Below the pieces are notes generated by a model, which worked only from the letters and a program-made list of their open reading frames with translations, had not been told where the DNA came from and did no database searches. From the NCBI GenBank assembly GCA_964620495.1, contig CAZUHI010000040.1, forward strand, positions 5,323 through 69,322: a DNA stretch of 64,000 bases, given 5' to 3'. The stretch comes from an uncultured Rickettsiales bacterium. Lineage in GTDB: Bacteria; Myxococcota_A; UBA796; UBA9615. Shown here one piece after another: positions 12,517 to 22,038 of the stretch (position 1 is its first letter; each line of letters opens with the position of its first letter). Made by a program: the position numbers and the translations under genes.

Positions 12517-13331
12517 TGCGTCCCCTCGCTGCGATCTCACGCGACGAGGCCGCGCGCATCGAGGCCGTCTTCACCGACATCGACGGCACCCTCACGGACG
12601 CCCACCTCCGGGTGCCGGCGTCGGTCTTCGGCGCCATGGAGGCGGCGCAGGTGGCGGGCCTGCAGGTGATCCCGATCACCGGTCGCCCCGCGGGCTGGTG
12701 CGACATGATCGCCCGCACGTGGCCGGTGGACGGCGTGGTGGGCGAGAACGGCGGCCTCTACTTCCGTCGCGAGGACGCGAGCCACGGGGGGCACACGATG
12801 GTCCGCGTGTTCGCCCAGGACGGGGAGACCCGCCGGGCCAATCGCCGCCGCTTGGACGAGCTGTCGGCGCGGATCCTCGAGGCCGTCCCCGGCACCGCCC
12901 TGGCCTCGGACCAGCAGTACCGAGAGTTCGACATCGCGGTGGACTTCTGCGAGGACGTCCCCCGTCTGCCCGGCTCCGAGGTGGACCGGATCGTGGCGAT
13001 GTGCACCGAAGCCGGCTGCACCGTGAAGGTCAGCAGCATCCACGTGAACGCCTGGTTCGGCGACTTCGACAAGGGCTCGATGTGCCTGCGCTTCGGGCGC
13101 GACGTTCTCGGCCGCGACTTCGGGGCAGCCGACGCCGACCGCGCGATCTTCTTCGGCGACTCCCCCAACGACGCGCCCCTCTTCGACCTGTTCCCGCACT
13201 CGGTCGGGGTCGCGGGCGTGCGCCGCATGGCCGACCGCATCCCCACGCTGCCCACGTGGATCACGGACGGCGACGGCGCGGACGGGTTCGTGGAGGGCGT
13301 CGAGCGGCTCTTGTCGCTCCGCTCGTACTGA
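12516..13331 (+). CDS. HAD-superfamily hydrolase, subfamily IIB-like (sugar-phosphate phosphatase type)
   Basis: ATG at 12516 overlaps the DUF1015 stop by 1 nt (TGATG). Motif I is FTDIDGTL, and motif IV is FFGDSPNDAPLF. Confidence 0.8.
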   Translation: MRPLAAISRDEAARIEAVFTDIDGTLTDAHLRVPASVFGAMEAAQVAGLQVIPITGRPAGWCDMIARTWPVDGVVGENGGLYFRREDASHGGHTMVRVFAQDGETRRANRRRLDELSARILEAVPGTALASDQQYREFDIAVDFCEDVPRLPGSEVDRIVAMCTEAGCTVKVSSIHVNAWFGDFDKGSMCLRFGRDVLGRDFGAADADRAIFFGDSPNDAPLFDLFPHSVGVAGVRRMADRIPTLPTWITDGDGADGFVEGVERLLSLRSY

Positions 13332-13370
13332 ACACTTGTTCACCGCCCCCAAAGGTGATAGACCCCGGGC

Positions 13371-14810
13371 GTGGCCAAGCAGACCAAGACCCAATACGAG
13401 TGCAGCGCCTGCGGGCACCGCAGCCTGAAGTGGCTGGGGCGATGCCCCGACTGCTCCGAGTGGAACGTCTTCGTGGAGGTGCGCGCGAAGGCCGCCGAGG
13501 CCCCGCCCGAGCGCTCGATCCGGGCGCGACCCCGAGGGCCGTCGGGCTCCTCCAGGGGCGGCTCGCCGAAGGTCGTGCCGCTCTCCACCGCGGCCCACGC
13601 GGTCGGCGGGCGCCCCGTCGCCATCACCTCGCTCCCGGCGGCGGATGAGGCGGGCGGCCGCGTCGAGACGACCATCCCCGAGCTCGACCGGATCCTTGGG
13701 GGCGGCCTCGTCCCGGGCAGCGTCACGCTCGTCGGGGGCGAGCCCGGCGTGGGCAAGTCCACGCTCCTCCTGCAGGCGGCAATGGCCGTCGCCGCCACCG
13801 GACGTCGCGTCCTGTACGCCTCGGGCGAGGAGTCCGTCCGCCAGGTCCAGGGCCGAGCCGAGCGCCTCGGGGGGATGACCGGCTCCCTCTTCCTCCAGGC
13901 GGAGACGTCCCTGGACTCGATCCTGGACGGCGCGGACGGGCTCGATCCCGCCGTCATCGTCCTCGACTCGGTGCAGACGGTGTACGTCCCGGAGCTGGGC
14001 GGCGCGCCCGGCAACTTCAGCCAGGTGCGGGAGTGCGCCTCACGGATGGTGCTGCACGCCAAGGCCACCGGCCGCGCGGTCGTCCTGGTGGGTCACGTCA
14101 CCAAGGACGGCAAGCTCGCCGGGCCGAAGACGCTGGAGCACATCGTCGACACGGTCGTGTACTTCGAGGGGGACGCGCATCCCCCCTTTCGCGTGCTCCG
14201 GTCCCGGAAGAACCGGTTCGGGGCCACGGGCGAGCTGGGCCTCTTCGAGATGACGGGCGCGGGCCTCATCGGCGTGGCCGAGCCGTCGGCGATGCTGCTC
14301 GAGGACCGCCCCATCGAGCGGCCGGGCACGGTGGTCACGGCGGCGGTCGAGGGCTCCCGCACGCTGCTCCTGGAGGTCCAGGCCCTCGTGGCGCCGGGGT
14401 TCCCCGGGTCGGTGCGACGCACGGCCTTGGGCATCGACGGCGGGCGCCTCGCGATGCTGGTCGCGGTCCTCGGCAAGGCGGACCTCGCGCTGCACGACAA
14501 GGAGGTCTACATCAACGTCGTCGGGGGCGTCCGCGTCACGGAGACCGCCGTCGATCTCGCGGTGGCGGCGGCCATCGTGTCGTCGCTCCTCGAGCGACCG
14601 ATGCCGGGCAGCACCTTCGTCGTGGGGGAGATCGGCCTCACCGGGGAGGTCCGCACGGTCGCGCGCCTGGAGCAGCGGCTGGTCGAAGCCCAGCGGCACG
14701 GGTTCACCCGCGCCGTGGTGCCGAAGCTGCCGAGGCGGTTCGAGGCGCCCGAGGGGCTCGAGATCGTGCAGGTGGCCACGATCGAGGAGGTCGTCCAGGG
14801 CCTGTTCTGA
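13371..14810 (+). CDS. radA: DNA repair protein RadA/Sms
   Basis: Zinc ribbon CSACGH...CPDCSEW, Walker A GGEPGVGKST, KNRFG motif and a Lon-protease-like C-terminal domain. Confidence 0.95.
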   Translation: MAKQTKTQYECSACGHRSLKWLGRCPDCSEWNVFVEVRAKAAEAPPERSIRARPRGPSGSSRGGSPKVVPLSTAAHAVGGRPVAITSLPAADEAGGRVETTIPELDRILGGGLVPGSVTLVGGEPGVGKSTLLLQAAMAVAATGRRVLYASGEESVRQVQGRAERLGGMTGSLFLQAETSLDSILDGADGLDPAVIVLDSVQTVYVPELGGAPGNFSQVRECASRMVLHAKATGRAVVLVGHVTKDGKLAGPKTLEHIVDTVVYFEGDAHPPFRVLRSRKNRFGATGELGLFEMTGAGLIGVAEPSAMLLEDRPIERPGTVVTAAVEGSRTLLLEVQALVAPGFPGSVRRTALGIDGGRLAMLVAVLGKADLALHDKEVYINVVGGVRVTETAVDLAVAAAIVSSLLERPMPGSTFVVGEIGLTGEVRTVARLEQRLVEAQRHGFTRAVVPKLPRRFEAPEGLEIVQVATIEEVVQGLF

Positions 14811-14875
14811 CGAACGTCAGCGCGCCTCTCCGATGAGAGGCAGAGGCTTCGCGGACTCGACCGAGGAGGTCCCCG

Positions 14876-16102
14876 ATGCACGTCGCGCCCGTCCACCCCC
14901 GCTCCTACTACCGGCTCCCGTGGACCCTGAACGACAACGTCTTGGCGTGGCTCGAGCCCACCAAGAAGTGCAACCTCACGTGCAAGGGCTGCTACTCGCG
15001 CAACGACCCGGAGAGCGAGAAGTCCCTCGACCAGGTGCGCGCCGACCTGGACGTGTTCACCGCGAGTCGCACCGTCGACTCCATCTCGATCGCGGGCGGG
15101 GACCCTCTGACCCACCCCCGGATCGCAGACATCGTCCGCATGATCAAGGACGACTACGGCCTCAAGCCCGTCGTGAACACCAACGGAAAGGAGCTCACGC
15201 GGGAGCTCGCCGTCGAGCTCAAGGCTGCGGGCGTGCACGGCTTCACCCTGCACATCGACTCGGGGCAGACCCGCCCCGGGTGGCGGGGCAAGAGCGAGCT
15301 GGAGTTGAACGAGCTGCGCCTCCACTTCGCCCGCATGATCGCGGAGCTCGGGGGGCTCTCGATCGCCTTCAACTCGACCATCTATCCGGACACCGCGCAC
15401 CACGTCCCCGCCCTGATCGCGTGGGCCGGCGAGCACATCGACCTGGTCCACAGCATGGTGTTCATCCTGTACCGGACCATGCGCACCCAGGACTTCCGCT
15501 ACTTCGCGCAGGGCGTCGAGGTGGACGGAGAGGAGCTCGTCTACCAGGACCAGGTCGAGAACCCCGAGCCGCTGACCACGCCGAACCTCATCGCGCAGGT
15601 GCGCGCGCGCTACCCGGACTTCGATGCCTCCGCCTACCTCGGCGGTACGGTCGACCCCGACAGCCTGAAGTGGACGCTGGTGGGGCGGTACGGCGACGGG
15701 GACGAGATCTTCGGCTACGTCGGCCCTCGCTACATGGAGGCCGTGCAGACGGCGCACCACCTGTTCGCCGGTCGGTACGTGGCGTACAGCGACCCCCGCC
15801 TCCTGAGCATGGGGCGCACGACCATGCCCGCGATGGGGATCGTGGACGCAGGCGCCCGCCGGGCCGCAGGCCGCTGGCTCAAGTCGCGGCTCGCCCACCC
15901 CACCCGGCTCGGCAAGAAGGTGCACCTGCAGAGCATCCTGTTCATTCAGCCCATCGACATGACGGCCGACGGGTCGATGAACATGTGCGACGGCTGCCCC
16001 GACATGACGGTGCACGAGGGCAAGCTCGTGTGGTCCTGTCGGCTGGACGAGCGACTGAGCCACGGGTGCTTCCTCACCGGGGCCCCGCTCGCGTCGGCCT
16101 GA
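14876..16102 (+). CDS. Radical SAM domain protein with Cys-rich C-terminal extension
   Basis: C-x3-C-x2-C (CNLTCKGCY) near the N-terminus. A GGDPL motif is present. The C-terminus reads MCDGCPDM...WSCRLDE...HGCF. A GAGGAGG Shine-Dalgarno sequence lies upstream. Confidence 0.8.
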   Translation: MHVAPVHPRSYYRLPWTLNDNVLAWLEPTKKCNLTCKGCYSRNDPESEKSLDQVRADLDVFTASRTVDSISIAGGDPLTHPRIADIVRMIKDDYGLKPVVNTNGKELTRELAVELKAAGVHGFTLHIDSGQTRPGWRGKSELELNELRLHFARMIAELGGLSIAFNSTIYPDTAHHVPALIAWAGEHIDLVHSMVFILYRTMRTQDFRYFAQGVEVDGEELVYQDQVENPEPLTTPNLIAQVRARYPDFDASAYLGGTVDPDSLKWTLVGRYGDGDEIFGYVGPRYMEAVQTAHHLFAGRYVAYSDPRLLSMGRTTMPAMGIVDAGARRAAGRWLKSRLAHPTRLGKKVHLQSILFIQPIDMTADGSMNMCDGCPDMTVHEGKLVWSCRLDERLSHGCFLTGAPLASA

Positions 16103-16141
16103 ACGAGGTCGCGCACGCGGCGTTACGCCCTGCGCCCCCCC

Positions 16142-19100
16142 GTGGGAGACTGGGGTGGTCATGAGGGTTCCCAAGTCGAGCGTGAGGCCGCACAGGGGGG
16201 CGGAGTGAGCCCTCCCGTGATTCTCCCCGACCGGTACTCGTCGGACCTCCGGATCATCGGTCGCGGGGGCTTCGGCGCGGTCTATCGAACCACCGACATC
16301 GAGCTGGGCTGCAGCGTGGCCGTCAAGGTCCCCTTTCGCGGCGCCGACCAGAGCCTGGCCCGGGAGGTCATGCGGGAGCTGCACGCGGGTGCGCGGCTGC
16401 GGCACCCCAACATCGTCCAGGTGCTCGACGCGGGGACCGACCCCGAAGGGCGGCCCTACCTCGTGATGGAGTACGCGGGGGAAGGCTCGTTCCGCTCGCT
16501 CGTCGACTCACCCCCGCCCTGGCCGGACGTCCTCCCCCTGCTCGATGGCCTGCTCGCCGCGCTCGGACACGCCCACACCCGGGGGCTGGTCCACCGCGAC
16601 ATCAAGGCGCAGAACGTCCTCTTCGCAACCCGGAACGGCGAGCGGGTGCCCAAGCTCGCGGACTTCGGCCTCGCGAAAGTCGCGTCGCTGCGAGGCGAGT
16701 TCGCCTCCACGCGGGTGGCCGCGGGGACGCTGCTCTACATGGCTCCGGAGATCTTCAGCGAGGGGCTCGCCGGGGTCCACCCGGTCGCGGATCTCTACGC
16801 TTTCGGGGTGCTCCTGCACCTGCTCGCCACCGGCGGAGCCCCGTGGGAGGGAAAGGACTGGGATCTGGTCGACCACAAGCTGGCCGAGTCCAGGGTCCCC
16901 TACCGAACCCGCGACGGGTACGCCGCCCCCGAGGGACTCTCGGAACTCGTCGACCGGCTCCTCGATCCCGTCCCCGCGAAGCGCTTTCAACTCGCTGCGG
17001 ACGTGCGCACCGCCCTCGCCGAGATCTCCGGCGTGTCTTCCCCCGTGCGCAGACCGGGCGCCGTCGCCGAGTCGTTTCCCGCGACCCCCGCGACTGCCGT
17101 CGTCCGGGTCCCGAACCTCGTGGGGAGAGAGGACGAGTGCGCGCTCCTGCTCGGGATGGCGGAGCGCGCGGAGAGCGGGCCCGTCTCGGTCGTCGTGGGC
17201 GGCCCGGCCGGCGCGGGGAAGTCGCGCCTGTGCTCCTGGCTCGGATCCACGCTGGAGGAGGAGGGGCGAGCGCGCTGCCTCCACGTCCGGCTGGACGGGG
17301 AGTTCAGTCCGTGGGACTCGGTGGGGGCGGGGCTTCGGTCCTTGTTGGGGCTGGGCCGGCTGACGGGGGACAAGCTGGAGAGGCGGCTGGAGCAACTGCC
17401 GGCGGCGTACGGGGAGGGCGCGCGGGGGCTGATCAGAGGCCTGGCGGAGCTCCTCGACCCCGGAGTGGAGCCCTCCATGGCAGGGCCCACGCGACTCGCG
17501 GCGGCCCGCACCGCCGTGGTCGATCGGCTCCTTCGGTTCGAGGCAAGCCGAGGGCTGGTGATGGTCCACGTGGACGAGAACCGCGCCACCCCCGGCGCGC
17601 GCGAGTTGGTCGAGGGTCTGCACCAGGCGGCCCTGGCCGCGCCGTACGCCAGGCTGCTCCTCCACGAACGCCGCGAGGAAGCCGAACCCACGCCCGCCGA
17701 CGGCTTCGAGCACCTCCGGGTGGGGCCGCTCGCGGACGACGCCTGTCGGGCGATCCTGCGGGACCTCCTGCCCGGCGGAGAGGGAGGCGAGGACCTCATG
17801 GAGCGCCTCGGCGGGAGCCCGCTCCGGGCGGTGGAGGCGGCGCGACTCCGCGGCGAGCAGGGGGCTGCGGACCCCGGCCCGACCCTGGACGCGGACGGTC
17901 TGCTCGACGTGGCGGAGGTCGCGACGGCGCGGTTCGCGGCGTTCCTGACCGAGGATGGGCCGGCCCGGGCGGAGATGCTCGCCCTCCTCGCGCTCGCTCC
18001 ACGCCCCACGCCGCCCGCGCTGCTGCAGCAGGTCCTCGCGGGCGCCGGGGCGGTCGAGGCGCTCGGCGCGGCGCGCGCGGCCGGCCTCGTGAGGATCACC
18101 GACCACGCCGAAGTGGCCTTCGCGAGCGGAGCGCTCGCCGAGGCAGCCGAGCGGCTGGCCGTTTCCCGGGACGACCACAGTCGTCTCGCCGGGGTCGTCG
18201 CCGACGCCCTCCTCTCCCTTCCCGATCCGCAGCCCGCGCGCTTCGGGCTGCATGCAGCCCAGCTCTGTGCGACGGCGGGCAGGCATGAGCGAGCGCTGGA
18301 CCTGGCCGCCACATGGGCCCGGCGCCTCGTCGACCGTGACGTCCTCGGCGCCCGGCGTGCCTGGTCCGTAGCGGAGGCCGCGTGCACGGCGCTGGGACTC
18401 TCGGACGGGGACGCTGCGCGCGTGGAGGTGGAGCTGGGGCGCGCCCGCGTGGCCCGGGCGACGGGCGAGGTCGCCGAGGCCGAGAGGCTCCTGTCCGGCC
18501 TGGCCCGCGACCAACTCGAGCCCTCCCAGCGGGGTCTGCACCTCGAGCTGTCGGCGTCCATCGCCGTGGTCCAAGGCAGCCCCGAGGGCGCGATTCGGGC
18601 GGCCCGCGACGGAGGCGCCGAGTACGAACGGGAGGGCGACTCGGCGGGGACCGCCCGCACCGCCCTGCTCGAGGGCGAGGCCCTGTATCAAGCCGGGCGC
18701 AGCCGCGAGGCCGTCAGGGCGTTCACTCGGGCGCGCGCGCTGGCCGTCGAGGCGGGCGCGGACCGGGAGGAGCTGCATGCGTTGTGGCGATTGGCCCGGT
18801 GTCGCCGGGTCGACGGCGCGACCGACATCGCTCGGCGCGAGTTCACGGAGGCCCTGGCTCTCTCGGAGCTGCTCGGCACGGTGGTCACCGAGGGGACGAT
18901 TCGCCGGGAGCTCGGGAACCTGGACCTGGTCGAGGGCCGCCTCGACGACGCCGCGGAGCAGTACGAGCGAGCGATCGAGCGCCTCGAGGCGGGCGGGTTC
19001 CGGGGTCAGGCGGCGACGACGAGGATCTCCCTGGGCGAGCTCGCACGCTCGCGGGGCGACCTCGCGGGGGCCCGGGAACAGTACGCTTCGGCCCTCACGA

Positions 19101-19714
19101 TCACGCAGGCGTATGGGCTGTCCGGAGACGCGCTCGTCTCCTTGCTCAACCTCGCCATGACGGAGCTCGCCATGGAGCGGCTCCCCGCGGCCGCCCGACG
19201 CCTACGCGCCGTGGAGGACCTGATGGGCTCCGGCGATCACCGACTGCGACCGTACGCCTCGGCGGTCCGCTTCGCCGTGGCCGCCGCCGAGGGCGATTGG
19301 GAACGGGCCGAGGCCGCCCTGGAGGATCTCGATTCGGTGCGCCACACGGCCGACGCGGATCTGCTCGCGCTCGTGGAACGCGGGGCCGAGTCGGCGAAAG
19401 CGGCGGGGGCCGCCGTGGTCACGTTGGACGCCACGGAGCTGGCTCGTTCCCTCGCCGCTGCGCTCGACGCCGCGCAACCGCGGAGCGCCGGCTCGGGCTC
19501 GGTCCCCATGACGGTCATTCTCCCCGACGGCGCGCGCAGGGCGGCGATCGACGAGCCGACACGCGCCGGGCCCCGGCCCCGCCCGTCCCCTTCGGGGGAG
19601 CCGGCCCCGGCCGCCGAGAGTCGCCGTCCAGCGGGGCGCGGCGCCGGGCTCTTGGCGGCCGTGGTCATCGCCGTGATCGTGGTGGTCGCGGCCCTCTTGC
19701 TGTCCGCCGACTGA
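16142..19714 (+). CDS. Ser/Thr protein kinase fused to STAND/AAA NTPase, TPR-like repeats and a C-terminal TM anchor
   Basis: Kinase motifs GRGGFGAVY, VAVK, HRDIKAQN, DFG and APE. Walker A is GGPAGAGKS. About 600 aa of Ala/Leu/Arg-rich TPR-like helices follow. The C-terminus reads LLAAVVIAVIVVVAALLL. The start could instead be the in-frame GTG at 16205. Confidence 0.85.
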   Translation: MGDWGGHEGSQVEREAAQGGGVSPPVILPDRYSSDLRIIGRGGFGAVYRTTDIELGCSVAVKVPFRGADQSLAREVMRELHAGARLRHPNIVQVLDAGTDPEGRPYLVMEYAGEGSFRSLVDSPPPWPDVLPLLDGLLAALGHAHTRGLVHRDIKAQNVLFATRNGERVPKLADFGLAKVASLRGEFASTRVAAGTLLYMAPEIFSEGLAGVHPVADLYAFGVLLHLLATGGAPWEGKDWDLVDHKLAESRVPYRTRDGYAAPEGLSELVDRLLDPVPAKRFQLAADVRTALAEISGVSSPVRRPGAVAESFPATPATAVVRVPNLVGREDECALLLGMAERAESGPVSVVVGGPAGAGKSRLCSWLGSTLEEEGRARCLHVRLDGEFSPWDSVGAGLRSLLGLGRLTGDKLERRLEQLPAAYGEGARGLIRGLAELLDPGVEPSMAGPTRLAAARTAVVDRLLRFEASRGLVMVHVDENRATPGARELVEGLHQAALAAPYARLLLHERREEAEPTPADGFEHLRVGPLADDACRAILRDLLPGGEGGEDLMERLGGSPLRAVEAARLRGEQGAADPGPTLDADGLLDVAEVATARFAAFLTEDGPARAEMLALLALAPRPTPPALLQQVLAGAGAVEALGAARAAGLVRITDHAEVAFASGALAEAAERLAVSRDDHSRLAGVVADALLSLPDPQPARFGLHAAQLCATAGRHERALDLAATWARRLVDRDVLGARRAWSVAEAACTALGLSDGDAARVEVELGRARVARATGEVAEAERLLSGLARDQLEPSQRGLHLELSASIAVVQGSPEGAIRAARDGGAEYEREGDSAGTARTALLEGEALYQAGRSREAVRAFTRARALAVEAGADREELHALWRLARCRRVDGATDIARREFTEALALSELLGTVVTEGTIRRELGNLDLVEGRLDDAAEQYERAIERLEAGGFRGQAATTRISLGELARSRGDLAGAREQYASALTITQAYGLSGDALVSLLNLAMTELAMERLPAAARRLRAVEDLMGSGDHRLRPYASAVRFAVAAAEGDWERAEAALEDLDSVRHTADADLLALVERGAESAKAAGAAVVTLDATELARSLAAALDAAQPRSAGSGSVPMTVILPDGARRAAIDEPTRAGPRPRPSPSGEPAPAAESRRPAGRGAGLLAAVVIAVIVVVAALLLSAD

Positions 19715-19725
19715 TCCGGCTCCAG

Positions 19726-22038
19726 TCACTCCTCGACGCTCACCTCCGACAGGGAGAAGTCGAAGCGCAGCCGGGGGTCGACGTCGAAGCGGTAGGGCCC
19801 ACACGTCGGGTCGGCGGCGGTATCCACGAGCTCCGGCTCGGGCACGGACCCGCACGCCTGCACGGTCAGCGGTGGGCCCCCGACCCCGTCGAAGCTCAGC
19901 CCCGTGAGTTCGGCCGTCGAGCCGCTCAAGAGGAGGGCGCCCCCCGGCAGATCGACGAAGGCGGAGTCGGCGATCACGAGGGACGCCGGCTCCGGGGTGC
20001 CCGCGTCCACGGCCAGGACTCCTCCGGGCACCGACGCGCGGCCCGAGGTGCGGAAGGTGCAGTCCCTGACCTCCACCTGCCCCTCGCCCGTGAGATACGC
20101 CCCCGGACCGGGGAGGTCTTCGATGAGCACCCCCGAGAGGGCCAGCTCGGGCGAGCCGACCATCGCCGTAGCGAACGCCCCGACGCCGCCCCCGAAGACG
20201 TCGGACGGCCGCGTTCCGCGGATCGACCCTCCCGACATCTCGACGCGTCCGGTAGCCCCCGCCACCACCACCCCGGCGAACCCGTTCCCCTCCAGTACGG
20301 TCTCCGTGAGGACGATTCGTCCGCCGATCGCGAGCGCACCCGGGCCTGCCCCGTCGGCCACACGCGTCCCGTGGGCCGTGATCTCCGACCCCAGCTGCGT
20401 GGCGAGCCCGATGCCCCCGAACCCCACGATGCCGGCCCGGGTTCCGACGACCTCACCGCCCTCCAACGCGACTCGACTGCCGGCGCCGATCGTGGCGACG
20501 CCCACCTCGTGCGAGCCCTCCACCCGCAGATCGGTGCCTTCGACGAGACCACCGCGACTGGCGACGACCCCCCACCCCGACGTCCCCAGGAGCGGGAGGG
20601 GGCGAGTGTCCCGGACCGTCACCCCGTCCAGCACAGCGGTGGAGCGGGGGCCGACGACATTGATGCCCCCGTCGTGGTTCGCCTCGACGAGTCCCCCCGT
20701 CATCGTGAGTGTCGGATTGCACGCAGCGTCGTCGGGCGGGCACGCGACGGAGACCCCGCGCCCCAGGTACCCGCTCGACCCGGGACGAGTCCCGCGGATG
20801 GTCACGTCCTGGAGGTGCATCGATCCCTCGACGCCCCCGACCGCCGCGCCGAAGATCACGTTGTCCTCGATCAGGGTCCCGGTCGCGCGGAGGGTGGCGC
20901 CGCTGCGTGCCGAGACTCCGAACCCCGCGTCGTCCACGGCCTCGTACTGAAGCGTCTCGCGGACCTCCCCGCCTTGGAGCACGACCGACGCGCCCTCCTC
21001 GGCCGCGACGCCGACACCGAGGTTGCCCTCCACGATGCAGTCGGACAGGGTGGCGGTCGCCCCGTCGGTGACGAGCAGGCCGCCGCCGATGTGGACCGGG
21101 TCCCCGTTTCGGTTCCCGCTCACCCGGCAGCCGGTGATCGTCGCCGTCGCGTTCGCGACGACCACACCGAACAGCTCGTTGTCTTCCGAGACCAGGTCCA
21201 GGGCGGTCAGGCTGCCTCCGTCGGTCACCAGCACGCCGGTCCCCGACGTCGGCTCGCCTTCCAGGCGCATGCCGCGCACCGTGGTGCTGCGGGCGTAGAC
21301 GAACGACCCGCCACCCTGGATTCGCAGGCCCGTGTGGGGGCTGTCCTCGATGACGACGTCCGCCAAGGTCAGCGCCGCTCCGCCGAAGGCCTGGACGCCG
21401 ATGGCCAGGAACCCGGGCTCGCCCGGGGGTCGTGTGTCCGCGACGAGGACATTCTCGAGCTCAGCCAACGTGCTCGGCCCGATCGCCAAGACCCCCGTGT
21501 CGTCGTTGGCCACCACGGTCACGTCCTCGACGACCGCGATCACGCCGCTGCCTGGATCGGCCTCGAACAACAACCCGATGGTCCCGCCCGTGACGGTGAC
21601 GCCCCGGAGTCGGTCCTCCCCGGCGCGCCAATGCACCGCAGGGCGCAGGTCTCCGCGACCGTCGATGACCACCAGATCGCGGCAGCGCCCCTCGATCATC
21701 ACGAGAGGGCCCCCGGTCAGCTCCACGTTCTCCACGTACGTGCCCGCCGCGACGACGACGCGGGAGACGCCGGCGGCTTCCGCCGCGTTCACGGCGGCCT
21801 GGATCGAGCCCATGGGCTCGTCCGGCCCGCCCGCACCCTGCCCCCCGGGGGCGACGTGCAACGCCCCCTCCGGGTCGAGATCGCCCCAGGTCCCGGTCCC
21901 GCATCGCACCGGAACGCACCGGTCGCCGTCGAGGTGTTCATCGGCGCTGCAGGAGATCGGAGCGGGGTCGAGGCCCTCGTCGGCGGGGCACCCGAAGCCG
22001 AGCGCGACCGCCGGCAGAGCAGCCCAGGCGAACCTCAC
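19726..22038 (-). CDS. Right-handed parallel beta-helix repeat lipoprotein (770 aa)
   Basis: Lipobox AVALGFGC, then a Cys-rich neck (SCSADEHLDGDRCVPVRCG), then many G/V/T-rich ~22-aa coils. The GTG start overlaps the upstream stop (GTGA). Confidence 0.75.
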   Translation of the reverse strand: MRFAWAALPAVALGFGCPADEGLDPAPISCSADEHLDGDRCVPVRCGTGTWGDLDPEGALHVAPGGQGAGGPDEPMGSIQAAVNAAEAAGVSRVVVAAGTYVENVELTGGPLVMIEGRCRDLVVIDGRGDLRPAVHWRAGEDRLRGVTVTGGTIGLLFEADPGSGVIAVVEDVTVVANDDTGVLAIGPSTLAELENVLVADTRPPGEPGFLAIGVQAFGGAALTLADVVIEDSPHTGLRIQGGGSFVYARSTTVRGMRLEGEPTSGTGVLVTDGGSLTALDLVSEDNELFGVVVANATATITGCRVSGNRNGDPVHIGGGLLVTDGATATLSDCIVEGNLGVGVAAEEGASVVLQGGEVRETLQYEAVDDAGFGVSARSGATLRATGTLIEDNVIFGAAVGGVEGSMHLQDVTIRGTRPGSSGYLGRGVSVACPPDDAACNPTLTMTGGLVEANHDGGINVVGPRSTAVLDGVTVRDTRPLPLLGTSGWGVVASRGGLVEGTDLRVEGSHEVGVATIGAGSRVALEGGEVVGTRAGIVGFGGIGLATQLGSEITAHGTRVADGAGPGALAIGGRIVLTETVLEGNGFAGVVVAGATGRVEMSGGSIRGTRPSDVFGGGVGAFATAMVGSPELALSGVLIEDLPGPGAYLTGEGQVEVRDCTFRTSGRASVPGGVLAVDAGTPEPASLVIADSAFVDLPGGALLLSGSTAELTGLSFDGVGGPPLTVQACGSVPEPELVDTAADPTCGPYRFDVDPRLRFDFSLSEVSVEE

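Noticed and set aside
16142-16207. The alternative kinase start at GTG 16205 versus the listed start at 16142.
   Set aside because: This cannot be resolved from sequence alone, and both starts are in frame. I kept the longer call and flagged the uncertainty.
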